In this document: positions 51,148 through 64,000 of the stretch, one piece after another | Layout of the letters: every line of letters begins with the position of its first letter | Position numbering within the stretch: the stretch's first letter is position 1 | The notes under the pieces: model-generated | Database searches by the model: none | What the model saw: the letters and a program-made list of their open reading frames with translations, nothing else | What the model was told of the DNA's origin: nothing | Assembly: GCA_051362555.1 (NCBI GenBank) | Contig: CM120640.1 | Coordinates: forward strand, 20,212,001-20,276,000 | DNA from: Lingula anatina | Lineage: Eukaryota > Animalia > Brachiopoda | Reading direction: 5' to 3' | DNA length: 64,000 nucleotides | Program-made: the position numbers and the translations under genes

Positions 51148-53330
51148 CTAGAGGATCAGAGAGGCGATACCGCCTCCGAATATTGTACCACCAGCTGGAG
51201 CAAGCGCATTCGTATAGACCCCCACATACACAAAATAAGGGACACAGCCACCAGTCTTGTGCTTGACAAGCTGTAAACATGCAATCAACAAGAATTTTCA
51301 ATATATGCAAAAAATATATGAAACTAAAAATGGTACAATCAAATTTAAGTTCATCGTAAGGTAGGTGAAAGGTCATTTTCAAGGTCACAGTAAATTGCCA
51401 GTATATGACTTCCTATTCAAGTTCAATAGTAACTATGGACCTATCTCTGCCAGGTTTGGAGATAAAAGAGAAAGAAATTTGCAGAGTTTAGTTCATGATA
51501 ATAAGTAGGTCAAAGGTAAATTTCAAGGTCACATTTAGATTGCCAGTATATGACTTCCTATTCAAGTTCAATAGAAACTATGGACCTATCTCTGCCAGTT
51601 TTGGAGATAAAAGGGAAGCAAAATTTGCAAAGTTCAGTTCATAGTGAAAAGTAGGTCAAAGGTCAATTTTAAGGTCACATTTAGATTGCCAGTATATGAC
51701 TTCCCATTCAACTTCAATAGTAACTATGGACGTATCTCTGCCAGTTTTGGAGATAAAAGGGAAGCAAAATTTGCAAAGTTCAGTTCATGGTGGAAAGTGG
51801 GTCAAAGGTCAATTTCAAGGTCACACTTGGATTGCCAGTATATGACTTCCTATTCAAGTTCAACAGTAACCATGGACCAATCTGTGCCAGTTTTGGAGAT
51901 AAAAGGGAAGCAAAATTTGCAATGTTCAGTTCATAGTGAAAAGTAGGTCAAAGGTCAATTTTAAGGTCATATTTAGATTGCCAGTATATGACTTCCTATT
52001 CAAGTTCAACAGTAACCATGGACCAATCTGTGCCAGTTTTGGAGATAAAAGGGAAGCAAAATTTGCAAAGTTCAGTTCATGGTGAAAAGTAGGTCAAAGG
52101 TCAATTTTAAGGTCATATTTAGATTGCCAGTATATGACTTCCTATTCAAGTTCAACAGTAACTATGGACCTATCTCTGCCAGTTTTGGAGATAAAAGGGA
52201 AGCAAAATTTGCAATGTTCAGTTCATGGTGAAAAGTAGGTCAAAGGTCAATTTCAAGGTCACAGTAAGATTGCCACTATATGACTTCCTATTCAAGTTCA
52301 ACAGTAACTATGGACCTATCTCTGCCAGTTTTGGAGATATAAGGGACTAAATGTTATAATTTTGGAGTTACCATAATGTGCCATAAATTTCCTACAAAAA
52401 AGATTAATTAAAATAAAGAAAACATCATTTTGGTCAAAATTCTTAAAATAGGAGGTGCTCTGAAGTTCCAGAAGTTCAAATTTGATGAAATAATGTCATT
52501 TTTGACCACAAGTTGTCTGCTTTGCCAAGCCTTATGTATTATTTTTCCAGAGTTCAAAATTTGTTATCCATTACCGTACTGCACATTTTGCTTTCACCAC
52601 CAATATGTACTTTTTGATACAGCGTAACTTGAAAACCGTATGGAATACAAAAAAACGGAGACCACCTTCAGTGTTGGGCTTTACATGCTCTACAAAATGC
52701 AAAAAAGAATGGGTCTCTAGCATTAACGGTTCCCGAATTAGAGACAGTTTTCAGTTTCGGTACTTTATGGCCGCTACTCCCGTGAAAATGCACCGATTGA
52801 CCCCAAATTCACGGAGATGAAAGATGACCCGAAGGGTAACACTTTCCAATAATATTATTGGTTAAGTCTGTGTGGTGTCTGAATAACAGGGCAAAAAAAA
52901 ATTTTTTTCGTAAAAAATTTCATTTTTTTGAAAATGTTGGCCCGTTTGACCTTGAAATAAAGGTCAAAGGTCAAATCCAAGGGCATATTTGAAATCTACA
53001 CATATGACTTTTGGAAAGCTGTCTCTACAAATTTTTCCCATAACTCCTTCCGTAGGGTAGATAATTAGCATTTAATTTTGCCATTTTTAGACAAGGGTGC
53101 ATTGCAATGAGTGCCACACCTAGACCCCAATACCGACAAAGCCCAAATTTTACGTGGAACGAGTTGAGATTATAGGTGACCTAAATCCAAGAGATGGGTA
53201 CAGGGGCCCTTTCCGTCTAGGAGGAGAAGCGGTAACGGTGACTTGGCGGCGGAGCCGCAGGAGCCGGCGGAACATACGGGTCGGGACTAAAACCATGGGT
53301 ACCGCCAGCGCCTACGCTGGTGGTACAATT
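51148..53330 (-). mobile_element. Non-autonomous Helentron/HINE-like element with internal tandem array
   Basis: Terminal CTAG (51148) beside hairpin GAGGCG-ATAC-CGCCTC. Subterminal inverted repeat ATTGTACCACCAGC (51182) / GCTGGTGGTACAAT (53316). Terminal hairpin GTACCGCCAGCG..CGCTGGTGGTAC and a GGC-rich tract. Homologous copy at 61831-63287. Confidence 0.75.
51360..52345. repeat. Tandem array, about 7 units of 146 bp
   Basis: TTGCCA(G/C)TATATGACTTCC recurs at 51395, 51540, 51686, 51832, 51978, 52124 and 52270. Confidence 0.92.
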
Positions 53331-53610
53331 AGTACAGAATTTAATTAAATTAATACAGATCAGACGGTTAGGCTGAGGGAGCTTAATTGGTCGTGGGAAC
53401 GGATCAAGAAAATCAAGAAAAATCAAGAAAAAATAATAAGTTGTCAAGTCTGAAAACTAATAATGTCAGTGATCTACGTGAAAATTACAGAGTGTGCATC
53501 GCGGCTTGGTTCGGTGGTGCACTTGGTTAATGATAAAGTACAAGGCTCCGTAGTCCCGATGGATGAGCAGGACCACAAGTGGTCAATACTTCCCCTTACC
53601 AATAATGCAA

Positions 53611-53612
<2 letters not shown>

Positions 53613-53648
<36 letters not shown>
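53613..53648. repeat. (GA)n microsatellite
   Basis: Direct read. Confidence 0.9.
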
Positions 53649-53650
<2 letters not shown>

Positions 53651-53970
53651 GTGAACGAGATCATAAGACCCAAAGATTAGTATGATAGCCTGATTGCAGC
53701 GATGTGTGATATCGAACTGCCGCATTTAGGCTACGCACGAAGGAAGCCGAAATCGCACCCGGCTGGAAGGAACCCTTTGGCCCTTGATAAAGGAGTGAGT
53801 GAAGTTAATGTGCAAATAATGACCTAGCTAAAGTTAACACAGACATGAAGTAATCAGTACTTGAATATGAATACAGCAAAAAAACTTACTCTTTACGAAG
53901 ACTGAAGAACGCTAAATGTACCAACGTTTCTTATGTTGATTGTTCTGCGAAAGTCCTGGTTGGCCCGCTA

Positions 53971-54468
53971 CGTACCTATACTCCCCCGCACCGATACTCC
54001 CCCACTTCTTTACATCCCCGCACCGATACTCCCCCGCTTCTTTACTCCCCCGCACCGATACTCCCTCGCACCGATACTCCCCCGCTTCTTTACATCCCCG
54101 CACCGATACTCCCCCGCACTGATACTCCCGCGTACCGATACTCCGCAAAAACACTACTCCCCCAAGGCATAGATTCCCTTGACTTTGTAAACCCCATTCG
54201 TAATTTACAACACTTTCTATAATGCTTTTTTTTTTCAAGATGCACCACCCTCTTGGGACCCAGAATTGACTAATTTTATTCGTAATATATTGGGAAAAAT
54301 AAAGAACGTTACACGAAGTCGATCTCAGACTTAGTGTGCAGCTTGACATAGTACGTAGGTCTCTGTACAGCTCTTCCTTGTGATTTTTGAGAAATGTTTT
54401 GCAAAATTAATTTTGTTCTCCTACTGTACTCAGTAGTTACTGTATATATATCCTGTACGGCCTTTCAT

Positions 54469-54499
<31 letters not shown>

Positions 54500-55495
54500 T
54501 TAACTTAAAGCAAAGTTAGTTTTAATCTAAGATAACGCAGCTATGTCTTTTTTTTCAGGCAACGATGAATTTGTAAAATTATTAAGTAATAAAAAAGAAG
54601 TGCTAAAGCGCTTCGTTTTCTGTCTTTTTCCTCCAACCTTCTTTTCTGCTCTTTAAGCTTCTTTCCCTTGTCTTTTGAATCTGAATTAGATTAGAATCTG
54701 AATTGAGCAAAATTCAATTTTTTTTTAAAGTGTTGCACAACGAAATTGTCGAGACACGAGCATGCGTCGTGAGCACACCTTTTATACTCGCAGTCCCGTC
54801 GTGTTTTCGACTTTGTTCGTTATAGATGTGAGGGCGTGCGCCGTACTCAACACGCAAAGGGCTCTTTCTCCTTCATTTCTTGCGGCGTGCATCTTGGACC
54901 AGGCAAGTCTCACTTGCAAACCAATCGCAAACTCCTTAGAAAGGGAGCAAATTACGCTTGCGGCCTCGCTGTTCGCAGACTATTCGTAGAATCTATTGGA
55001 AATGTTCAATATCCTCCGTACGTGCTTACATACGTGCGAACTCGAAATTTCGCATAAAGGACTTGCGTGGTACATGAGATTCTCCGCAAAATTTGGATTT
55101 AAACGGGTCGTAGATTTTGATCCACTTACCTAGACTGACCCTAACCTGTATAATTAAATGGAGGGTTGACTCTGTTACTCGATCCTCAGTTTCGTCAAAA
55201 TTGCATAGGGGGAGTAATGATGCGGGGAAGATGTCGGCGCGGGGGAGTAACGGTGCGGGGAAACAACAACGCGGGGGAGTATCGATGCGGGGGAGTAACG
55301 GTGCGCGTATAACGGCAATTTTACAGGAGGTTTATCGATGCGGGGATCTATCGGTGTGGGGTCGTATCGATGTGCATAATGCAAAAATTTACTAAGGGGG
55401 AGTATCGGTGCGGGGGAGTATCGGTGCGGGGGAGTAAAGGTGCGGGGGAGTATCGGTGCGGGGGAGTAACGGTGCGGGGGAGTATCGGCATGACC
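53971..55495. mobile_element. Foldback-like non-autonomous element with internally repetitive long TIRs
   Basis: Left arm (about 53971-54160) is built of CCCCCGCACCGATACT units. Right arm (about 55205-55495) is built of the reverse complement AGTATCGGTGCGGGGG. CCCGCTA on both flanks. No transposase ORF inside. Confidence 0.75.
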
Positions 55496-56874
55496 CCCGC
55501 TAGGAGTGGTGGGGTCGGGTTTACCTCGCTTGAAATAGCTTCAGTTTGCTATTACTTGCACCCCTCCCCAGGAGTAATGACCAGAAAGCGCAAGTGTTCA
55601 GCGCGCAGACAAGATACGATAATGGCTTCTGGATTCGTCCAGTTCCCGTCAGCTAAAATAGTAATTTTTCCAACATAGTTTTAACATTTTTAGTAGTTGG
55701 TTGGGTTAATTTTGGTGTCAACTAGCAGGCTTATTTTTCCAGGACGTGGGACAGGCTTAGTGTGCCGTGTGACCTCTCTGGCGTAGGGGACTTTACCGAA
55801 GGGCTGTAGTGCAGCGGTTTGTGCGCTAATTTCGGGGTACACGTGTTGGACTCACCCTGAGCTTCAGAGATAACTTGACACTAAGCTCTTCACTATAATA
55901 ATTTTGTGCAGATTAATGTGATATCGATCTCATTCTCAGTGATATAAGAATATTTCAACATACATCATTTAGAAATGTGTTTACAATTCACTGCTGTAAA
56001 ATAATTGAGTGCATAAAAAAACTGTTATTAGAACTGTTTAAAGGAATTTAATATTCCAATTATACAAGGTAGGTAATGGCTTTATATTTTTTTGTCTTTT
56101 TTTTCTTACAACTTACCCTCCCTGAATCTACCAATAGATATAGTTCTTTTACCTACATTCTGCAAAACTAAAGTTCAGTTCTGATGCAGATCTGCATCTA
56201 TGCATCAGCTTACTCTATAAAATGACAAGTAGGTCTTTCTGTTTACTAAAGGACAAGAGGAATAAAAAAACACAATTTGAAGAATAACTGAATTATATAA
56301 TATAGAACAAAGAGAAATGAAACTGTAGTATCAGCTGATGTATAAACAAAACGTGATATTTGATGCCAGGAATAGAAAACTTGAAGTTTCAGTCAAGCAC
56401 ATCAAACACAATATATACAATATACATAGCTTCCTACCTCTCTCTCAAAGCACCCCCCCCCCCCCCCCCCATTATCACTAACACAATTTAGCCAATATTC
56501 ACTCTAATGGTCAAAAATTTAGCAATAGGCCCACTTAGAATTTTATTTAATTTAAATAAACCATTTTTTATTTAAATTTGGCCAATTTATTACACTTTCA
56601 TATGTATGGAAAATCAGAAATCACTCCAATTATCATGATTTATTCATTTTCAAACTGGTGCAAAATCAAGCCAAACTATGGCTAAAATAATTTAAGGTAT
56701 ACTCTATTTTCCAAACTGATATTTTCTGTGTCTACATATCCTGCAAGGGTACTAATCTTTCCCAATTCAAAACTCTCAAATATAAGTACTTTGGTTATTG
56801 TGTGTTTTGTAATTAGGTGTTGAAAGTGGAAAAAAATCATTTCAGTATGGTTATCTCTTGTTTACATATTTGGT

Positions 56875-57270
56875 ATTTTCAGGGTGTGACTTTAAACTTC
56901 CATGGGTCTGAAGACCTTTTCTAGTCACATTATCTGTTACATGCAGTGCATAGTTAAAATTGGTAGTGGCTATATACTGTTAAGCATTATGTAATATTGC
57001 ATTAAAATTGAAGAAAACCTTATTTAGGCTCTGCCAACATAGTGGCCATTAAAGGAAAACCATTTTACTTATGATTCCCAAACTTACAGAAGAGAAACAT
57101 ATTTTTCACATATTGGCATTTTCAGGGTGGTACTCTGAACTTCCATGGACTTGAAGACCTTTGCTAATCAAATTTTCTGATTATCCATGATGCTTATATT
57201 GTATTATTAAAATTGGTGGTGATTTATCTGGTAAGCATTATGTAATATTGCTTCAAAACTGATAAAAAAC
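56875..57270. repeat. Degenerate tandem duplication, period about 240 bp
   Basis: ATTTTCAGGGTG..ACTTCCATGG..TGAAGACCTTT..TAAAATTGGT..TAAGCATTATGTAATATTGC appears at about 56875 and about 57117. Confidence 0.65.
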
Positions 57271-57879
57271 TACTACCTACAAAAGCTCTAAAAATCAAAC
57301 TGTGCTATTTATTATTTTGTAACTTATAAGAATTCTGATCGACATAAATCAAATTGGCAAACCAGCTTGATTGGAGTTTTTTTTCTTGTTGTCTGTACAT
57401 TTGACAGTTTGACAGTTTGCTGCCTTGTTTATGTATTATTTTGCACTCTGCAAATAATGCAAATCAGTTGACAGAATAATACAAGATGGAAACAAAGAAA
57501 GCAAATATCAAAGGCCAAGAAGACAAAATAAAAAAAATAAAATTGGTAAACAATCATAAAATGAGAACTAGACAGCAAAGATGACAAATATACAGACACC
57601 TTACAGGAAACAATTAAGGCAACAAAGCTGACAAATGTGTCAAGAAAAGAGTGCACCAAATAATGTTTTGGCCAATTTTGATGCACTATTACATAATGCT
57701 TTAAAACAGCATAATCACTCTTACCCGCTTACATTATGTACTACAGGCACATTGAATAACTAGCAAGTAATTCAGTTTTATCGGCTATAAAAGCCACTGA
57801 AAATGCTCATACGTGAAAGAAAATATTCAAACAAACAAACAAACAAAAAAACAAACAAACAAACAAAAAAAAAAAACAA

Positions 57880-58022
57880 TAATTACCGTAAATGTAAACC
57901 AGTCATGCCAATTTTCAAAAGCAACCTGCCTCTTAACCAAAGAAAGCCACTCAGTAGATTTAAAAGTAAAACAAAAATACAGTTTGTCAGTTATGGGGAG
58001 AATGTCACCAAATTGTGCAAAA

Positions 58023-58073
<51 letters not shown>

Positions 58074-58735
58074 AATAATAATAATAATAATAAATGAATG
58101 TAAACTGATCATGCTGATTTTTGAAAGCAACCTGCTTCTTTGCCAAAACAAAGCTACAAAGTAAATTTAATGTAAAATAAAAATACGGTTTGGCTGTTAC
58201 AGGGACGAACGTCACCAAAATTGGGCAAAAAGAAGAGGATAATTACTGTTAATGTACACTGAACATACCGATTTTTGAAAGCAACCTGCTTCTTTGCCAA
58301 ACAAAGCTACACAGTAAATTTAAAGGAAAACAAAAATACGGTTTAGAAGTTATGGGCTGAACGTCACCAAAATTGTGCAAAAAAACAAAATAATTACTGT
58401 AAATGTCAACCGATCACACATATTTTCGAAAGCAACCTACCTCTTTACCAAACAAAGGTACTCGGTAAAATGTTAAACAAAAATACGGTTTGGCAGTTAT
58501 GGGGCAAATGTCACCAAAATTGTGCTAAAAACCAGAATAATTACCAAAAATGTAAGCTGATCGTGCCAGTTTTTGAAAGCAACCTGCTCCTTTGCCAAAC
58601 AAAGCCCGTCAGTAAATTTTAAGTAAAACAAAATTATGATTTGGAAGTTATGGAGCAAAAGTCATGTGGGACAGCGACAGCAAGAGCGACGGCAATGACA
58701 CAGTCAGACTGATCAGAATACGTCTGTATATAAAA
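57880..58735. mobile_element. HINE-like element with about 5 degenerate tandem units of roughly 150 bp
   Basis: AAAGCAACCT recurs near 57921, 58127, 58281, 58432 and 58579; the first gap is lengthened by an (AAAT)n tract. Ends in a GACAGCGAC/GACGGC tract and a CAGAC..GTCTG hairpin before an A-run. Confidence 0.6.
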
Positions 58736-60928
58736 GGGTAAAACTGGCATTTTAAAGCATAGCTAGATGATAAAAATGATTAAAATAAAAGTTTGTTTTA
58801 TTCATACATAATTGTACATACACATTTACACAAAATATCAATTGGCATATCTCACTGTGATTATACACCTTTAAAACAATAAGGTGCTTCAGATCTCTTT
58901 TTACATGAAAATGTGGGGAGTATAGTTTCATCACATATTTAATTATTTTCATTCCATGTGAAGAATTTACCACCAAGCATATGGCATGTACATATGCAGT
59001 TACTTTAGGCAGGAATATTTTTTAATTTCTGGTAAGATTTTACATACTAAACTATTTAAGGAAACAAAAAACAGGATCCTGGAACTGAAAGATATAAACA
59101 ACTGAAACAATTTGGCAATAATTTTACTTCACAGTTCTTCAACAATTTTTTGGTGCTTACCAATTACACCCAACACTCAAAAATACCCTTTAAAGACAAT
59201 ATCTTTATCACTTTGCTTAATTTGCCAGTTGAGTGAACAATTACATACATTCCTGACATTTTAATATATAAAATTAGATTTTTAATCAGGAGTAGTGATT
59301 TTATCAACTAAAACAAGTGTAGCATGCCCAACGGCATTAGCACAGGCTAATTTGTAAAGTAAACTGAGCAATTTAAGGCAATGAAAATGCCATTTACTGT
59401 CCTGTCAGCCAAACTTTACTGTACTGTACATGTAGCAGATTTGCTGCCTGATTAGTCAACGATTTGCATTAGAGATGTACTTCTCATTTCTGAATCTAAT
59501 GTAAATTTCTTCAGTCTCATAATATCATCATGCATTTAATAATATCAAGCTTGAGCTTTACTGAAAATTATAAGTTTGAACATAGTGTGGTCATTTTACA
59601 CATATCCACCACACATTTTAAGTGATGACCAACACTTATTTTTGAAATACTTTTTACATCCCATTAAAAATAGTTAGCTAATGGAAACACTCAAAAACAC
59701 TTTGAATCAGATGACGCATTTTTGAAGCATCAAAACTTTCACCATTAGCCAAAAACCAGGCTGAGAAAATAAGCAAGCCCAACCGCAGTAGGAATTCCAC
59801 AAAATATCAAATGACCAAAAATCAATTTCAGTACATCTACAATACAGCTGACAATATGTACATATATTCCACATAAAATACATACATTCAATAGACATGG
59901 AGAGTCCTACATTTGAAATGCATCAAATGAAGAAATGTATAGAGCTGCAAAAATATGAATATTTTTACATCAATTAATGCAGTAATTTGTACAGCCAAAA
60001 ACCTGTGGTGTTTCTATAATTGGAGGATACACTGTAAATATATGGGTAAGGCTTATGTATATTCTGTCCACCTAAACTAATTCAAGACCAAAAGATAAGT
60101 CATTAACTAAACTTCACAATGAATTTTAAGGAGACAATCCTTGAAGTGTCCCTTTCATGTACATTTCTTCACATACATGTATTTCACCTCACATATTTAT
60201 GTACATCAAAATCTAATAGTATATATAAGAATATTGTCAATGTAATGTGTACATGTTTTGATATTATATTTATTTTACAGACTACACAATTTAAATTATT
60301 ACATCAACAACTGTATGCTCTATTATTATGTACAGGCAGTCAATCCTAACCACTGACTGTGTTAAAATTATTTTGTATTTTTCATTCGATAAATTATTGA
60401 AAGGCCAAATGAATATTAACATGTTTACTTGTCTGACATAAAATTCATCTAGGGTCATTCCAAGTTTCCTCCTCCTGTGCCAGTCAACTCTTTCACTGTC
60501 AGGCAGCACATGTATTAGTAGATATGTGCTATATTATCGTCTATATCTGTACATGTGCTATACACATCCTGTATATACAGTGTATATGTCTATGCACTTT
60601 TTATGACTGAAGAAGTACAATGTAAAGAAGTTGTTCACAGTCCACAGCTGCATGCTTTCTTGTAAAGAGTCATGATGAGAGATGCAAAAAGGTAATAACA
60701 TTGGTGGACCTGGATTTTGAGGAAGAGATACAGGGGAAGAAAAACATTTGACTTGATTCCTTAACATGTTTGCCTACAAAATAAAAAAGGGGGAGAGGAG
60801 GAGGCCACAGAATTTGACAAAATTGTAGTCAAGTGTTCTCCTCTTGCCATACTATGCCATGCATTGAGCTGGCATATATGTAGATGCAGCTGTTCAAAGG
60901 CACATACATGTATGTCATCCCAGTTGGA

Positions 60929-63634
60929 TCATAGATTCTTGAGTAGCACATAGGCTGCCAGAGCAGGAATAAATAAGTAGTACACCCTGCTTTTGCATAA
61001 AACCCCAGTATTTTTTAGTTCATCACTACTGGCATCTAAAAAAAAGAAAAGAAAGAAGATGAATCATTTGATGTTGTATACAGCTGTGAATGATCATGAA
61101 AGAAGGCAGTAACTTTATGCTCAAGAAAAAGGTGTGGTGCCATTTTCTTCTCTGACTCTACAAAAACAGTACTGTGATCTTCTATATATACAAAGTATAG
61201 GAACATTAATTGTGAGGAATGCTTTTTTTAAATGTCTTCTTGCCATTTTCCATAAAAATCCTGAGAAAAATGAAAATAAATGAATATATATAGAATTGTA
61301 AAAATAAATAACAATGGACTTAAAAGTGTTTTTTTTTTTTTTCAACTTTGTTTTCATGGTTTATATTCATATTTTCCTCAATAACAAAGATGTTTCCTCT
61401 TTTTTTAATGTATGCAGAAACATTCTTACCAGATGAAATAAATTCATATGTTGCCTCAAATCCTGTGCCATAAAAGTCATCCTCATTAGACTTGAACATC
61501 ATCCTAAAGAACTGATGGTCAGACATGACAGGATCAGGTTTGTCTTCAGGTCTTGACCCACACTTAGCAATCCTAGCTTTGTCAGGTGGAATAAAGTCTG
61601 AGAATTCCACATAATCTGCCATAATAGCTGGATCCTTACAGCTGTAGAGATAGAAACAATTATCAAAATGTAGAGCCAGTCAAAGCTGGCAAGTGTACAT
61701 ACACATAATACTAATATCTCAGATTTACACAATAATTGCACCTATAATTAGGCTCTGCATATGACATCAAGGCGACTGAAAGGTTAGGTAAATGGGTTGA
61801 TAAACTATAAAACGCCAAATTTATCTAAAACTAGAGGATCATAGAGGGGATCAGGATACTGCCTCTAGGTATTGCACCTCCAGGTGGATTAAGCACATTC
61901 GTATGGAAAACAAACAAACAAACAAAAGGACACCACCTTCAGTGTTGTGCTTGACAAGCTCTACAAAATGCAGTAAACAAGAGTTTCCATTTTTTTTGTT
62001 GCAAATTGCAATTAATAACAAAATCATGGGGAAAAGTAGAAGATCAAATCCAAGGTTGCAGTGAGATTGTAAATATAGGACTTGACAAGCTCTTAAAATG
62101 CAGTAAACAAGAGTTCTCAATATTTTTGTTGAAAATTACAATTTATAACAAAATCATGGGGAAAAGTGAAAGGACAAACCCAAGGTTGCAGTAAAATTGT
62201 GAATGTGGGGCTTCCCATCCCAGTTCAATGGTAAATATAAGAGCTTGGAAATTTGCAAAGTGTGATTCCTGGTGAAAAGTAGGTCTAAGGTCAAATTCAA
62301 GGTCATAGGAAGACTGTCAATATATGAGTTCCTATTCAAGTTCAGTAGTAACTATGGGCATATCTCTACCAGTTTTGGGGATATAAGGGACATAAAATTT
62401 GCATAGTTTAGTTCATGGTGAAAAGAAGGTCAAAAGTCAATTTCAAGGTCACAGATTGCCAGTATATGACTTCCTAGTAAGTTCAATAGTAACTATAAGC
62501 ATATCTCTGCTAATTTTGGAGTATTTCACATTTTTTCACCACTGAAAAGTGCGAGGTTTTACTTTTTGATAAAGTACAGTACAGTGTACATGCAACTATA
62601 TATGGAAAGCAAAAAGATAGACACCACTTACAGTATTGTGCTTGACAAGCTCTACAAAATGCAACAAACAAGAGGTCCTTTGCATTTATGGTTCCAGAAT
62701 TAGAGTGAGTTTTCACTTTCAGTATCTAATGGCTGCTTCCCTGTGATAATGCACCAATTGACCCCAAACTCAAGAAGATGAAAGATGGCCCTAAATGTAA
62801 CCCCTGTCCATAATATAATAGGTTAGGTCTGTGTAGTTTCTAAAAATTAGTGCAAAAAATTTTTTTTTGCAAAAAATTCCCATTTTTAAAACAGTTTGAC
62901 CTGTTTGACTTTAAAATAAAGGTCTAAGGTCAAATCCAAGGGCATATTTGAAATCTCCACAGATGACTTGCAGTAAGCCAACTATAGTAATTTTTCCCAT
63001 AATTCCTTCAGTTTGGGAGATATATATTTAGCATTTAATTTTGCAAATTTTGGACAACGGTGCATTGCAATGATGGCTACACCTACACCAGTGCACCGAC
63101 AAAGCCCAAAATTTACATGGAGCCAGTTGAGATTATATATGACCTACATACAGTACAAAAGATGGGTACAAGGGCTTATGAAGTCTTGGAGGGGAAGCGG
63201 TGATGGTGATGTGGTGGCGGAACCAGCAGACGAGACTGGTCAGGTCTAAAACCATGTGTAGGACCAGTGCTGTGCTGTTGGTACAGTGATTTTAGATAAA
63301 AATATAGGAATAATACGATGTTGCTAATTTTTCTACTTGACCTGCATTTCACACCCACTAAAAAGAATACTATCTGTTTCCGATCCACTTAACAGATCAA
63401 CCGTCGAAATAATATAGGATCTAAAATAACTGTACATACTTACATCAGCCTAAAACATTTACCTGTTTGCAACACCCTCTAAGTCAAATGACTTGAAAGT
63501 TATTCTAACTCTCTCTTTTGGTCTTCCATAGAACCTATAGTGGCACTCTGTTTGCTTTGGATAGTTGCCTGGGTAATTAGGGCTGGAGAAAGTTCCATTC
63601 GCTGCCCTTTCACTTCTAAATTCACAACCACACT
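60929..63634 (-). CDS. sol-1: 3' exons of a CUB-domain protein, suppressor-of-lurcher (SOL-1)-like; 5' part lies outside the window
   Basis: Exon 63634-63463: CGCEFRS..NGTFSSPNYPGNYPKQTECHYRFYG..ERVRITFKSFDLEG. Exon 61641-61430: C..ADYVEFSDF..CG..SDHQFFRMMFKSN..GTGFEATYEF. Exon 61035-60929 gives a hydrophobic C-tail VYYLFIPALAAYVLLKNL*. The CUB call is secure; the SOL-1 assignment rests on recalled motif similarity. Confidence 0.72.
61831..63287 (-). mobile_element. Second, more diverged copy of the Helentron/HINE-like family, in a CUB-gene intron
   Basis: Colinear with 51148-53330: CTAGAGGATCA start, AAATAAAGGTC.AAGGTCAAATCCAAGGGCATATTTGAAATCT, ACCGACAAAGCCCAAA, CTAAAACCATG end. Only about 2 array units (62270-62520). 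Confidence 0.75.
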
Positions 63635-64000
63635 CTATGATAAAAATGAAAAAATAAAAAGGTTTTATCTGTGAAAAATTAAAATAAAAACCAAATTTAT
63701 GCTTATAAGGTGTGACCAAAAATTACTGGGTTGCATTTGTTCATTAAAAAAACAATCTAAAATACATCTCAATATTGTCCAAATATACATAATATATTGG
63801 CCACATTGGTTAATACACACACTATCATTTTGCATCATCTTGCTTTTCTAAGTGAATTTTTATATCAATTTAAAACGAGCATTTTATAAGAACATCCTTT
63901 CAATATTTTATGATTGTTGTATGGTCACTCCAAATGTATCACAAATTATACAATGCAATTGTTGGACAACATATTGAATAAAACAACATGTGCCAGCCAG

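Noticed and set aside
51360-52345. Regular repeat array as a CRISPR-like locus
   Set aside because: Units are contiguous 146-bp near-identical repeats with no unique spacers, no cas genes, and a eukaryotic context.
53912-55678. Short ORFs with GEYRCGGVSVRG repeats as a protein family
   Set aside because: They are translations of the foldback element's 16-bp TIR units.
55755-55888. Structured ncRNA closed by GCTTAGTGT...ACACTAAGC
   Set aside because: Only a 9-bp stem, with no tRNA, snRNA or snoRNA motifs recognised; lies in transposon debris.

Overview
AT-rich, intron-rich animal genomic DNA; the gene set and repeat types suggest a spiralian or mollusc-like invertebrate (inference). Four housekeeping genes (RFESD -, RANBP3 +, FGGY -, HADHB -) lie between two inverted, outward-facing paralogs of an unusual polycystin-1-like gene. 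The right copy (41029-48072, +, about 1046 aa) encodes a signal peptide, two copies of an unrecognised ectodomain module, TM1, a PLAT domain and TM2-5, then stops. That is only the 5-TM+PLAT N-terminal module of polycystin-1, with no recognisable GPS/REJ and no channel domain. The left copy (9846 to <1, -) has the same exon skeleton but splices in frame into a 2.47-kb exon carrying two copies of an unrecognised CxxC...HxxC domain, and runs off the window. The two paralog promoters share a CRE palindrome and a CTCF-like site. Downstream lie a nest of mobile elements (decayed DIRS-type tyrosine-recombinase element, Helentron/HINE-like elements with tandem arrays, a foldback-like element) and the 3' end of a SOL-1-like CUB-domain gene. 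All gene models were built by hand from GT-AG sites and phase continuity; no searches were run.
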